The notes under the pieces were generated by a model that saw nothing but the letters and a program-made list of their open reading frames with translations, was not told the origin of the DNA and ran no database searches. 54,461 bases of DNA from assembly GCA_026391215.1 (NCBI GenBank), contig JAPLDX010000066.1:1-54461 (forward strand). Reading direction: 5' to 3'. The stretch's first letter is position 1. Each line of letters opens with the position of its first letter. This DNA comes from Bacteroidia bacterium. GTDB lineage: Bacteria; Bacteroidota; Bacteroidia; Bacteroidales; VadinHA17. Positions 10,590 through 20,209 of the stretch are shown piece after piece. The translations under genes and the position numbers were made by a program.

Positions 10590-12182
10590 ATGAGTAATAA
10601 ATCAAAAGAGTACATGAACCGGATATACCGGTGGTCAGTTACAATTATCAGGATAGCAATTGGCTGGCATTTTCTCTACGAAGGACTTTCGAAAATTATT
10701 GCAGGCGGCTGGAGCTCAGCGCCTTATCTTGCAGGATCACGGTGGATCTTTGCCCCGTTGTTTCACTGGATGGCCGATAGCGTTGCAATAACCTCGTTTG
10801 TTGATTTCCTGAATATTTGGGGTCTCATCTTCGTTGGACTGGCTCTTATCATAGGCGCCTTTACCCGCCTGGCAAGCGGAGTAGGGGCATTGATGCTTTT
10901 CTTTTATTTCGTTGCTTATCCTCCAATACCGGGATTCATGGTAAGCGTTCCTGTTGAGGGAAGCTACCTTTGGGTAAACAAAACACTTATCGAATTTTTT
11001 GTTCTGCTTGCATTCATTTTCATTTCCAGCGATTTACAATATAGCCTTGACAGGCTGATCAGGAGATGGAAAGATGAAAAGGCACGCAAACCGGTTCCTG
11101 ACATCCCTTCAGATGAAGGAAAATCAAAAGGGAGACGGGAAGCAATAAAAGATCTTATTTCAGTCCCGGCATTGGGCGCCTTTGCATATGCCTTATACAG
11201 AAAAGGGAAATGGGATAGCTTTGAAGAAAAACTATTAAAGGTTGAAGGAATTGACGCAAACTCCGGGGCAACGCTTCTGCAGTTCAATTATGCTACTATT
11301 AAGGAACTGAAAGGAGAGGTGCCTAAAACCGTAATCAATTATACGGATAAAAACGGACAACCTGCGAAGTTTGAACTGAGCCGGCTTATTATGGGCGGCA
11401 ATCTTATTGGAGGCTGGGCTCATGCCCGTGACCTTATTTATGTTTCAAAGCTGGTAAAGACATATCATTCTGATGAAAAAGTAATGCAGACCCTGGGTCT
11501 GGCTGAAAAGTGCGGAATAAATGCCATAATTACCAATCCTCAGCTTGGAAGGATACATAAGAAATATAAACATGAATTCAAAGGCAAAATGAAGTTCATA
11601 AGCGATTGCGGCATAGCTCTCGATTTTCAGAAAGGCATTGCAATGTCCCTCGCAGTTGATTCCGATGCACTTTATTGCCAGGGAGAGATAACCGACCGAT
11701 GGACTGAAGAGAACTGGAACGATCCTGTTCCGGGAAGAACCTTTGAACAGCGCATGGAACTGATACGCAAAGGACTGGAGGAGATACGCAGTAATGGTAA
11801 ACCTGCCGGTATCGGCGCACATAGAATTGAGGCCATCAGGAAATGTGTTGAATATGGTCTTAAACCTGATTTCTGGGTAAAGACCTGTCATAGTCACAAC
11901 TACTGGTCCGCCCAGCCTGATTCCCCATGGCAGGATAACATGTTTGACTACGATCCGGAAGAGACCATAAGATTTATGGGGACTCTTAAGGAACCATGGA
12001 TAGCTTTCAAGGTCCTGGCTGCCGGAGCAATAAAGCCTGAAGATGGTCTGAAATATGCTTTTAGCAACGGGGCCGATTTCGTTTGCCTGGGGATGTATGA
12101 TTTTCAGATTGTTGAGGATGTGAATATAGCTCTTGAGGCAATTGCCGGGGCTAAAGAAAGAACAAGACCATGGATGGCTTAG
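10590..12182 (+). CDS. DoxX-family membrane domain fused to an aldo/keto-reductase-like soluble domain
   Basis: IIRIAIGWHFLYEGLSK (DoxX) with about 4 TM helices; internal GRREAIK followed by a hydrophobic stretch; SRLIMGGN and PWIAFKVLAAG resemble AKR-like barrels. Confidence 0.7.
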   Translation: MSNKSKEYMNRIYRWSVTIIRIAIGWHFLYEGLSKIIAGGWSSAPYLAGSRWIFAPLFHWMADSVAITSFVDFLNIWGLIFVGLALIIGAFTRLASGVGALMLFFYFVAYPPIPGFMVSVPVEGSYLWVNKTLIEFFVLLAFIFISSDLQYSLDRLIRRWKDEKARKPVPDIPSDEGKSKGRREAIKDLISVPALGAFAYALYRKGKWDSFEEKLLKVEGIDANSGATLLQFNYATIKELKGEVPKTVINYTDKNGQPAKFELSRLIMGGNLIGGWAHARDLIYVSKLVKTYHSDEKVMQTLGLAEKCGINAIITNPQLGRIHKKYKHEFKGKMKFISDCGIALDFQKGIAMSLAVDSDALYCQGEITDRWTEENWNDPVPGRTFEQRMELIRKGLEEIRSNGKPAGIGAHRIEAIRKCVEYGLKPDFWVKTCHSHNYWSAQPDSPWQDNMFDYDPEETIRFMGTLKEPWIAFKVLAAGAIKPEDGLKYAFSNGADFVCLGMYDFQIVEDVNIALEAIAGAKERTRPWMA

Positions 12183-12187
12183 AAGAC

Positions 12188-14344
12188 ATGAAAAGGATAA
12201 TATTTATACTGATTATTCCATTTGCTTTTCAGATTCTGAATGCTCAGAATTACCCTTTTCAGGATCCGAATATCCCTGAAGAGGAACGCATTAATAACCT
12301 CATTTCTCTCATGACCCTGGATGAGAAGATCATCTGCCTTTCAACAAGGATTTCAATTCCAAGGCTGGGAGTTAATGGTACCAGAACAGTTGAGGGATTG
12401 CATGGCCTTGCATACAGCGGTCCGGCTAACTGGTCTGTAAAAGGTCCAAAAGCTTCTCCTACAACCACATTCCCGCAGGCAATCGGACTGGCTCAAACAT
12501 GGGATCCCGTATTATTACAGGAGGTTGCTGACTGGGAAGCTACTGAATGCCGTTACCTGGCTCAGAATCAAAAGTTTGGCACTGCAGGATTAATTGTATT
12601 TGCTCCAAATGCCGATATGGGACGAGATATCAGATGGGGGAGAACGGAGGAGTGTTTTGGCGAAGATCCTTTTCTGAACGGATCACTGGTGACTGCTTTT
12701 ATCAAAGGTCTTCAAGGTAATGACCCGGTATATTGGAAAACAGCATCACTGATGAAACACTTCCTGGCAAACAGCAATGAGAACAACAGGACATATAACA
12801 GTTCAGATTTTGATGACAGGCTGTTCCGTGAATATTACTCCTATGCATTTTATAAGGGAGTAACCGATGGAGGCGCACAGTGCTTCATGACCGCATATAA
12901 TAAATATAACGGCATTCCATGTGCGGTTCATCCTGTCCTGAGAGCCGTTACCATGAGAGGCTGGGGTCTGAGAGGTATTATCTGTACGGATGGAGGGGGA
13001 TTTCGTCAATTACTGACCACTCATGCATATTACTCTTCCCTCGATACAGCAGCCGCTGAATGTATAAAAGCAGGTATAACAGTTTTCCTTGATAATTACA
13101 TAGCTCCGTTGAAGGAAGCACTGGGTAAAGGCCTTGTGACGGAAAAAGAGATTGAAGAAGCTATTTATGGGAACCTGAAAATACTCTTAAAACTCGGACT
13201 CCTGGATAATTCCAATAAGAATCCGTATACAGAAATTGGTATTAAGGATACTGTTCCCCCATGGACAAAACAGGAAGCAAGGGATCTTGCAAGATCAGTA
13301 ACCCAAAAATCGATAGTACTTCTTAAAAATGAAGGCTCTCTCCTTCCTCTTAAACAGGATAAAATAAAGTCAATAGCTGTTATTGGTCCCTCGGCAAACA
13401 AAGTTATATCTGACTGGTATTCAGGTACTCCTCCTTATAGTATTAATATCCGAAAAGGAATTGAAAGTGCCATTGGCAAAGATGTGGTATTCAGGTTTGC
13501 TATGAGCAACAAGGCAGATTCAGCCGTAATTGCCGCAAGACAGAGTGATGTGGCAATAGTCTGCATAGGTAACCATCCTCTGAGTTACGGACTTGGCTGG
13601 GGTCAAAACCAGGTTGCCAGTGATGGTCGCGAAGACGTTGACCGGCAGGCTATTTCACTTGAGCAGGAGGACCTGGTGAAGCTTGTTCTGGCTGCAAATC
13701 CCAAAACGATACTGGTATTGGTTTCAAGCTTCCCATATGCTATAAACTGGTCTAAGGAACATGTACCGGCAATATTGCATATAAGTCAGTCGAGCCAGGA
13801 AACAGGCACTGCAATAGCTGACGTTATTTTTGGTAAGGTGAGCCCTGCAGGGCGCACAGTTCAGACCTGGATATCTTCAATTGATCAGCTGCCTCCTATC
13901 CTTGATTATAATATAAGGAACGGAAGGACATATATGTACTCTGAAAATGAGCCTCTCTTCCCATTCGGGTATGGTCTTACATACACAAGCTTTGATTATT
14001 CGGGATTAAAACCAGATAAAAAAGCTCTCACCGGCAGCCAGGTAATGAACGTTAGTTTTAAAATCAGGAATACCGGCAATTATGACAGCGATGAGGTGGC
14101 ACAGCTATATGTGAACTTCCCGGAGTCAAAAGTCGATCGTCCTGCCATCGCGCTTAAAGGTTTCAAAAGAGTCTTTATTCCGTCAGGAGAGACTTTGAAA
14201 GTATCCATTCCTTTAAAAGCTGATGATCTGCGTTACTGGGATGCCAGCCAGCAGAAGTGGATACTGGAGCCCGGGAAAGTAATTATTTCAGTTGGATCAT
14301 CTTCTTCTGATATAAAACTCACAGAGGAGATAACAGCCGGTTAA
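12188..14344 (+). CDS. GH3 beta-glucosidase/beta-xylosidase with Fn3-like C-terminus
   Basis: MTLDEKI, RWGRTEECFGEDP, KHF, nucleophile in ICTDGG, SIVLLKN, FPFGYGLTY. Start set at ATG 12188 (signal peptide MKRIIFILII) rather than 12170. Confidence 0.95.
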   Translation: MKRIIFILIIPFAFQILNAQNYPFQDPNIPEEERINNLISLMTLDEKIICLSTRISIPRLGVNGTRTVEGLHGLAYSGPANWSVKGPKASPTTTFPQAIGLAQTWDPVLLQEVADWEATECRYLAQNQKFGTAGLIVFAPNADMGRDIRWGRTEECFGEDPFLNGSLVTAFIKGLQGNDPVYWKTASLMKHFLANSNENNRTYNSSDFDDRLFREYYSYAFYKGVTDGGAQCFMTAYNKYNGIPCAVHPVLRAVTMRGWGLRGIICTDGGGFRQLLTTHAYYSSLDTAAAECIKAGITVFLDNYIAPLKEALGKGLVTEKEIEEAIYGNLKILLKLGLLDNSNKNPYTEIGIKDTVPPWTKQEARDLARSVTQKSIVLLKNEGSLLPLKQDKIKSIAVIGPSANKVISDWYSGTPPYSINIRKGIESAIGKDVVFRFAMSNKADSAVIAARQSDVAIVCIGNHPLSYGLGWGQNQVASDGREDVDRQAISLEQEDLVKLVLAANPKTILVLVSSFPYAINWSKEHVPAILHISQSSQETGTAIADVIFGKVSPAGRTVQTWISSIDQLPPILDYNIRNGRTYMYSENEPLFPFGYGLTYTSFDYSGLKPDKKALTGSQVMNVSFKIRNTGNYDSDEVAQLYVNFPESKVDRPAIALKGFKRVFIPSGETLKVSIPLKADDLRYWDASQQKWILEPGKVIISVGSSSSDIKLTEEITAG

Positions 14345-14366
14345 TAAGTAATTTGAGAGTACTTCC

Positions 14367-15365
14367 TTAAGCTCCGGCGAAAACCAGTAGCGCCAGACCT
14401 GCCAGGTATGCCAGGAACATTAATAATATGAGCCAGTAAACCTGTTTGGATGCTCCCCTGAACTCTTTCCAGATAAATACACCCCAGAGGGCTGCAATCA
14501 GCGTAGCACCCTGACCAAGCCCGTAAGAAATCGCAAATCCTGCTTTTCCTGAGGCAAGGATGCTCAACGACATGCCTGTACACCAGATCACGCCCCCAAG
14601 TATCCCTGTTAGATGAACGGAGGCACTGCCTTTTGTATAATCGCTGAGAGAAAGAGGAGCTCCTTCAAATGGTTTCTTCATTATCAGGTAGTTAAACAGG
14701 AAGTTGCTAATCAGCACCCCTATGGAAAAGAAGAAAACGGCAGAGTAGGGGGTAAGCTTGCCGGGATCAGGAGAAACAAAATCAGAAGCCATTGAGCTTG
14801 CCACAAACCTGTAGAACAGAGCCATCAGAATTCCAGCAGAAACTGAAAGCATGATGCCTTTTTTTGAAACTTTCTGCTGGGATGAACTGTGCTTTTTATA
14901 TGCAAGCGCATCTATGATTATTGCAGCTACAACCAGCGCTACACCGGTGAAAAGGATAACAGGATCACCCTTCGGGGCAAAAATATAATTGATAATGACC
15001 CCAAGGGCAAGTGCTATTCCAACCCCAACCGGGAAAGCTACTGCCATGCCAGCTATTGCCATAGCAGCAACAAGCAGAATATTCGAAGCATTGAATATTA
15101 CTCCGCCAAGCATGGAGCTGAGAATATTCTTCGCATCAGCCTGTGCAATATCATCTGAAAAGCTGCGTCCGTTTTCTCCGAAGCTGCCAAGCGTAAAAGC
15201 TAGCAGAAGCGCGAAGAGAACTATCCCTGTCACATAGTCCCAGTAGAAAAGTTCAAATCGCCACGATTTGCCTGCAAGCTTCTGGGTGTTACCCCATGAA
15301 CCCCAGCAGATCATGGTAATTATGCAGAGAATGACTGCCAGTGAATAACTTTGTGGTATGAACAT
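14367..15365 (-). CDS. DMT-superfamily (GRP/ureide permease-like) sugar transporter, probable ribose permease
   Basis: About 10 TM helices; MICWGSWGNTQKLA and RFELFYWDY motifs; in an operon with ribokinase. Confidence 0.8.
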   Translation of the reverse strand: MFIPQSYSLAVILCIITMICWGSWGNTQKLAGKSWRFELFYWDYVTGIVLFALLLAFTLGSFGENGRSFSDDIAQADAKNILSSMLGGVIFNASNILLVAAMAIAGMAVAFPVGVGIALALGVIINYIFAPKGDPVILFTGVALVVAAIIIDALAYKKHSSSQQKVSKKGIMLSVSAGILMALFYRFVASSMASDFVSPDPGKLTPYSAVFFFSIGVLISNFLFNYLIMKKPFEGAPLSLSDYTKGSASVHLTGILGGVIWCTGMSLSILASGKAGFAISYGLGQGATLIAALWGVFIWKEFRGASKQVYWLILLMFLAYLAGLALLVFAGA

Positions 15366-15371
15366 ATTAAA

Positions 15372-16988
15372 TTATTTTTCAAATGAAAATTTAAAGTTAT
15401 CGCTTTTCTTCGGAGCTGTTTTAAAAATCGTGGCACCAGTTATATATACTCTTGTCCCTTCCGATTCAGGACGTTTTTCACCGCTGACAACTAGTTTTAC
15501 TTTATGCTCACCAGGCTGAAGATTAGTCACATGCCATATAGTTTCTACATGCTGCTGTCCGGCAAAATAATAATAGGTATCTATATTGCGATGGAGCGCT
15601 CCATCTACAAATACATCTGCTTTACCGCCATCCCTGAACCAGTTTCCCGTCAAGGAAATGCCCGTTCCGTCAAAAACAATCTCAATTTCATCACCTGTAC
15701 TCTGAGCATATATTGATTGCTTTATTACCTGCCCTTTTCCGTCATTGGATTCAAGGTTTTTCCACTCTCCCTTGAATGACCACGATTCTTTATCAAATAC
15801 TGATATTCTTTTATCAAATACGAGATTCGGAAATGCAACTTCAGGAGCAGGAGTAGCCGGACTCTGTGATTTTATCCTGATTTTGTTGCCTGTGATGATA
15901 CCTCCGTATTTTGTTATCAGGTCAAGTGCATATTTAAAAGTACTGGCTACTGCAGTATTAAAAGAATAAGTCGTATGGATGAATAATGAATCGCCCATTG
16001 ACTTTACTCCTTCCTGCATATCAACAGGTAATCCGCTGAATCCTTTCATAACCCCAAGCACGGCAAGTGCATTGGATGGATTACAGTCAGAATCCTGGCC
16101 GCAGCGTGTAGATATTTCAAGGGTTTTTAACGGATCGCCTTCTCCATAAAGCAATCCCATAACAATATATGCGCCGTTCAGCTTTGCATCAATATTAAAA
16201 GTAGAACCCGCGCCGCAGATATCTACATCGCCCCACTTATCTTCAAGCTCCTTCCAGGCTGCCCTCCAGTCGCCGGGATAGTGTTCGTGAAGCCTGATGA
16301 CATCTTTCACTATCTTATGATAATCGCTTTCAGCCGGTATGGATAGTAATGCCTTTTCAATAATAAGATTAATATCACTTTCAAAATACGCCTCCGCATA
16401 AAGTGCTGCTATGAAAATGCCTCCATATACACCGTCCCCGTAATTCATTATATGTCCGATCTTATCAGCTATTGCAGAGGAAGTCTGCGGCATCCCCGGA
16501 CACATGAATCCTATATAGTCAGCCTCAATCTGGAAATCGATATCATCAGCATGGATATTATATTCCGGGGTTCCTGAAAGCGGTGCAAAAATACTGTCGA
16601 AATAATTCTTCCGGGCCTGCATGTTCGCATGCCATAAGGGATACCCGGCTTTAGCAAACATTTCCTGGTATAATTTTGAAGGGGCATCAATGCCATATTT
16701 ATCCATTGACATCAGGAATGTAAGCTGTACATAAATATCGTCCTGCCACATGCTCCCTCTAATATCAGATGGTTTCCAGGTAACAGGATCCTCGTATATC
16801 ATGCCCTGTGCCCTGAATTCCGTCGGGGCGCCGTATGTAACACCAATCATTTTCCCTGCCCAGCCTCCGGCGATCTTATCTTTCAGTACTTCAGGCTTGA
16901 TTGTCCTGTCTTCACTTTGGTTGTTATTGCATGAAACCAGCAACAGAAATGATGACAGAAGGATTAAAATGGGATAAACTTTATTCAT
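15372..16988 (-). CDS. ADP-ribosylglycohydrolase-family lipoprotein with C-terminal beta-sandwich domain
   Basis: Lipobox LVSC; LKDKIAGGWAGKMIG..YGAPTE, QDDIY and GQDSDCN metal-binding motifs. Confidence 0.85.
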   Translation of the reverse strand: MNKVYPILILLSSFLLLVSCNNNQSEDRTIKPEVLKDKIAGGWAGKMIGVTYGAPTEFRAQGMIYEDPVTWKPSDIRGSMWQDDIYVQLTFLMSMDKYGIDAPSKLYQEMFAKAGYPLWHANMQARKNYFDSIFAPLSGTPEYNIHADDIDFQIEADYIGFMCPGMPQTSSAIADKIGHIMNYGDGVYGGIFIAALYAEAYFESDINLIIEKALLSIPAESDYHKIVKDVIRLHEHYPGDWRAAWKELEDKWGDVDICGAGSTFNIDAKLNGAYIVMGLLYGEGDPLKTLEISTRCGQDSDCNPSNALAVLGVMKGFSGLPVDMQEGVKSMGDSLFIHTTYSFNTAVASTFKYALDLITKYGGIITGNKIRIKSQSPATPAPEVAFPNLVFDKRISVFDKESWSFKGEWKNLESNDGKGQVIKQSIYAQSTGDEIEIVFDGTGISLTGNWFRDGGKADVFVDGALHRNIDTYYYFAGQQHVETIWHVTNLQPGEHKVKLVVSGEKRPESEGTRVYITGATIFKTAPKKSDNFKFSFEK

Positions 16989-17026
16989 ATAATATATTGA
17001 TAATGTTTTTGTTACACATTCAGATT

Positions 17027-17058
17027 ACCCCCCAACCCCCCTGAAGGGGGGCTATAAA
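17027..17058. repeat. REP-like C6/G6 palindrome, copy A
   Basis: ACCCCCC-AA-CCCCCC-TGAA-GGGGGG-CTATAAA; nearly identical to the reverse complement of 23402..23435. Confidence 0.85.
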
Positions 17059-17076
17059 GCCATATTATACTTAATC

Positions 17077-18078
17077 TTATCCTGTATTGGGCAGGGGGGC
17101 AACAGGTATATGCATCATCCTGTCTTCAATGAAACGTGCTATATCGGGCACAGGCATCTTTTGAATTACATACTGATGCTTCCCCTCCGGGTCATCTTCC
17201 CATGCATTGCTGCCATCAGGATATACAATTATCTTCCCCCTGGCTGTATTAAAAAAACCTTCTGTTCCGTAAACGCCGATCAGAACTGCTGTTTCATCCC
17301 AGCTCATACGTCCATATTTGTCCTCTTCTGATAACGGAATACTTATTCTGAATACATCTTTCACGGGGCTGCCTGTAACAGGAGACTTTATCAGCCGGAG
17401 ACCTGTTCTTATTTCCCATCCTATTTCAAATCCTGTAAAAATGATCTCTCCCGGCCAGTTTTCATAAACATATTTCGATGAAGCTGAATCAACGTAAATA
17501 TTGAATTCCTTTCCTTCGGGAAATTTCCCGGCCATTGAAACCAGCAGCTTCACCTTTTTTGAAACAAGGTCCCCTCCGTTAAGAGGACTGCTATCATCCG
17601 GACCTGACTTCAGAAGGTTGCCCAGGTTTGTCAGAAATCCGACTGTAACAATTGTTACACTATTGTCAGGCTGATTGCTCAGGATTTTACGGTAAATAGC
17701 AACAGCATCCGGAACTTCAGAAGTTGAATTTATTTTATGCGGATATTTTGCCACTATCGAATCAGCCCAGTGCTGGAACCCGCCCATACTGGCACCTTCA
17801 CTCTTTGGTGCTCCGATCTCAATATCGGATCTCCCGAAGTAGGTATTGATGACTTCGATTGATGGTGCAACCAGCTCATGCTTGTTGGATGAAATGGTGG
17901 CAAGGATCTCCACCTTCCCGCTGTCTGCCATTGAATGCAGGAATGCAAGAGCTCCGACGTCATCATAATCAGGACCAAGATCAGTATCGAAAATAATTTT
18001 AACCTTTGGCTCTTCAGGAGCAGAACAGCCGGAAACTAAAATTGCTGCTATTGCAACGGCAATTATGAGATATTTCAT
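17077..18078 (-). CDS. Nucleoside hydrolase (IU-NH family) lipoprotein
   Basis: IFDTDLGPDYDDVGA aspartate motif; TVGFLTNL. Start set at ATG 18078 (MKYLIIAVAIAAILVSGC lipobox) because the longer ORF overlaps rbsK. Confidence 0.9.
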   Translation of the reverse strand: MKYLIIAVAIAAILVSGCSAPEEPKVKIIFDTDLGPDYDDVGALAFLHSMADSGKVEILATISSNKHELVAPSIEVINTYFGRSDIEIGAPKSEGASMGGFQHWADSIVAKYPHKINSTSEVPDAVAIYRKILSNQPDNSVTIVTVGFLTNLGNLLKSGPDDSSPLNGGDLVSKKVKLLVSMAGKFPEGKEFNIYVDSASSKYVYENWPGEIIFTGFEIGWEIRTGLRLIKSPVTGSPVKDVFRISIPLSEEDKYGRMSWDETAVLIGVYGTEGFFNTARGKIIVYPDGSNAWEDDPEGKHQYVIQKMPVPDIARFIEDRMMHIPVAPLPNTG

Positions 18079-18097
18079 TTGATTCAGCAACAAGAAA

Positions 18098-19000
18098 TTA
18101 ATCTTTAATTTCATTTCTATAGGGAGCTGAAGCCTGTGCCCCAAGGCGGGTAACAGAGAGCCCTGCAGCCTTGTTTGCAAAGAATACAGCTTCTTCAAGA
18201 GTTTTACCTTCAGAAAGAGCAACAGCAACTGCACCATTGAAGACATCTCCTGCTGCCGTCGTATCAACAGCTTCCACACTGATCCCGGGGATTATTCCGG
18301 TGAATTCATCAGATTTTACGAATGCACCTTTTTCACTGAGAGTGATAATCACGTTTTTAACACCTTTCTTCTTTAAAATTGTTGCCGCCGCTTCAGCAGA
18401 TGATTCATTGGTGACTTTTATTCCTGTAATTATTTCAGCTTCAGTCTGATCAGGTGTAATCAGCCAGATATGCTTAAGGAGATAGTCGTGCAATTTTTGC
18501 GCAGGGGCAGGATTTAATATCACTTTAATTCCATTTTCAGCTGCAGTCAGGGCAGCATATTCCACAGTCATAACGGGAATTTCAAGCTGAAGAAGCAGAA
18601 TTTCGTATTTATCTCCCGAAAAATGATTACCGGAAATATCACCGGGCTGAAGAGTTCCGTTTGCCCCGGGGGCTACTACGATATTGTTCTCCCCGACGGA
18701 ATTGACAGTAATCAGTGCAACACCTGAAGGGGAGTCTTCATCTTTAACAATGTTCTTTGTGTCAATTCCTTCTTTTTTCAGAATGCCAATGGTTTGACTT
18801 CCAAACAAGTCATTCCCGACTTTGGTGATAAAAGTAACCTTCCCTCCAAGCCGAGCAGCAGCAACAGCCTGGTTAGCTCCCTTACCTCCGGGATTCATGA
18901 AAAATGTTCCGCCAAGGACTGTTTCTCCAGGTGCAGGAAGCTTATCAGTCTTAATTACCATATCGGTATTAGAACTACCAATAACCAGTATTTTTTTCAT
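18098..19000 (-). CDS. rbsK: Ribokinase
   Basis: GSSNTD, PAPGETV, GGKGANQAVAAARLG, LQLEIP, LNPAP, DTTAAGDVFNG. Confidence 0.95.
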   Translation of the reverse strand: MKKILVIGSSNTDMVIKTDKLPAPGETVLGGTFFMNPGGKGANQAVAAARLGGKVTFITKVGNDLFGSQTIGILKKEGIDTKNIVKDEDSPSGVALITVNSVGENNIVVAPGANGTLQPGDISGNHFSGDKYEILLLQLEIPVMTVEYAALTAAENGIKVILNPAPAQKLHDYLLKHIWLITPDQTEAEIITGIKVTNESSAEAAATILKKKGVKNVIITLSEKGAFVKSDEFTGIIPGISVEAVDTTAAGDVFNGAVAVALSEGKTLEEAVFFANKAAGLSVTRLGAQASAPYRNEIKD

Positions 19001-19161
19001 AGTTTTTAATAATATGCTAAGTATTTACCATACGAACCAAGATAAGCAAGAATTCTTTAATTTCTAAAGCAATTGGTCATGAGATAAAAATCAGCCTGCC
19101 TCATGCGCTTATTTTTTTATTTTTAACTTTAAGCTTGTAATCCGGATTTAATGATCACACC

Positions 19162-20199
19162 ATGACAAGTAAAATTGTAACTTTTGGAGAGATTATGCTC
19201 CGTCTCGCAACACCTGAGCATCAGCGGTTTTCACAGGTGACCTCCTATTGCGCTTCATTTGGAGGAGGAGAAGCCAATGTTGCAGTCTCCCTGGCTAATT
19301 TCGGCCTGAACGCAGAATTTGTGACTCGTCTTCCCGATAACGATCTTGGCAATTCAGTCATAATGGACCTGAGGAAACATGGAGTCGGAACGAATTATAT
19401 TATGAGGGGAGGTAAAAGACTTGGGATCTATTTTCTTGAGACCGGATCTGTATCAAGGCCAAGCAAGGTAATTTATGACAGGGCTCATTCATCAATTGCA
19501 GATATTATTCCCGGTATGATTGACTGGGATAATGTCTTTAAAGAAACACACTGGTTTCACTGGACAGGCATCACTCCTGCAATTTCAAAGGGTGCAGCTG
19601 CAGTTTGTCAGGAAGCAATAGTTGCAGCTAAAAAGCATGGCATTATTATTTCCTGCGACCTTAACTACAGGAAAAACCTGTGGAAATGGGGGAAAAGCGC
19701 TTCCGATGTGATGCCGGCGATGGTGAAGGAATGCGACATTATTCTTGGCAATGAAGAAGATGCCGAAAAAGTATTTGGAATTAAACCGGAAGGCGCTGAT
19801 GTCTTCCGCGGAGATGTGAAAGCAGCAAGTTATGAATCAGTCTGCAGGAAGCTTAAAAAACAATTTCCCCAGGCAAAGAAAATAATCATTACCCTGCGCG
19901 GCTCTATAAGCGCTGACCATAACACCTGGTCGGGTGTGCTTTATGACGGGAAGGAACTCCTTGAAGCTCCTGTTTACCAGATCACCCATATTGTTGACAG
20001 GGTAGGCGGGGGCGACTCATTCATGGCAGGACTGATCTATGGATTGTTAGCCTATCCTGATGATGATCAGAAAACCCTTAATTTTGCCGTCGCAGCCTCA
20101 TGCCTTAAACATACCATTCATGGCGATTTCAACCTTGTAACCGTGCAGGAGGTTGAACAGCTGATGAAAGGCGACACATCGGGAAGAGTAATGCGTTGA
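19162..20199 (+). CDS. kdgK: 2-keto-3-deoxygluconate kinase (PfkB family)
   Basis: TFGEIMLRL, FGGGEANVAVSLA, VIYDRAHS, DLNYRKNLW, VDRVGGGDSF. Confidence 0.88.
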   Translation: MTSKIVTFGEIMLRLATPEHQRFSQVTSYCASFGGGEANVAVSLANFGLNAEFVTRLPDNDLGNSVIMDLRKHGVGTNYIMRGGKRLGIYFLETGSVSRPSKVIYDRAHSSIADIIPGMIDWDNVFKETHWFHWTGITPAISKGAAAVCQEAIVAAKKHGIIISCDLNYRKNLWKWGKSASDVMPAMVKECDIILGNEEDAEKVFGIKPEGADVFRGDVKAASYESVCRKLKKQFPQAKKIIITLRGSISADHNTWSGVLYDGKELLEAPVYQITHIVDRVGGGDSFMAGLIYGLLAYPDDDQKTLNFAVAASCLKHTIHGDFNLVTVQEVEQLMKGDTSGRVMR

Positions 20200-20209
20200 T
20201 ACTTACCAG

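Noticed and set aside
15372-16988. ARH as an antitoxin or anti-phage component
   Set aside because: There is no ADP-ribosyltransferase or toxin neighbour. The lipoprotein signal and ribose-catabolic context fit better.
17077-17105. CAGGGGGGC at the end of the nucleoside hydrolase as a fifth REP copy
   Set aside because: Only a 9-bp partial match inside coding sequence, too short to support.
18079-18279. N-terminal extension of the nucleoside hydrolase ORF
   Set aside because: It overlaps rbsK in another frame, and a clear lipoprotein signal begins at 18078.
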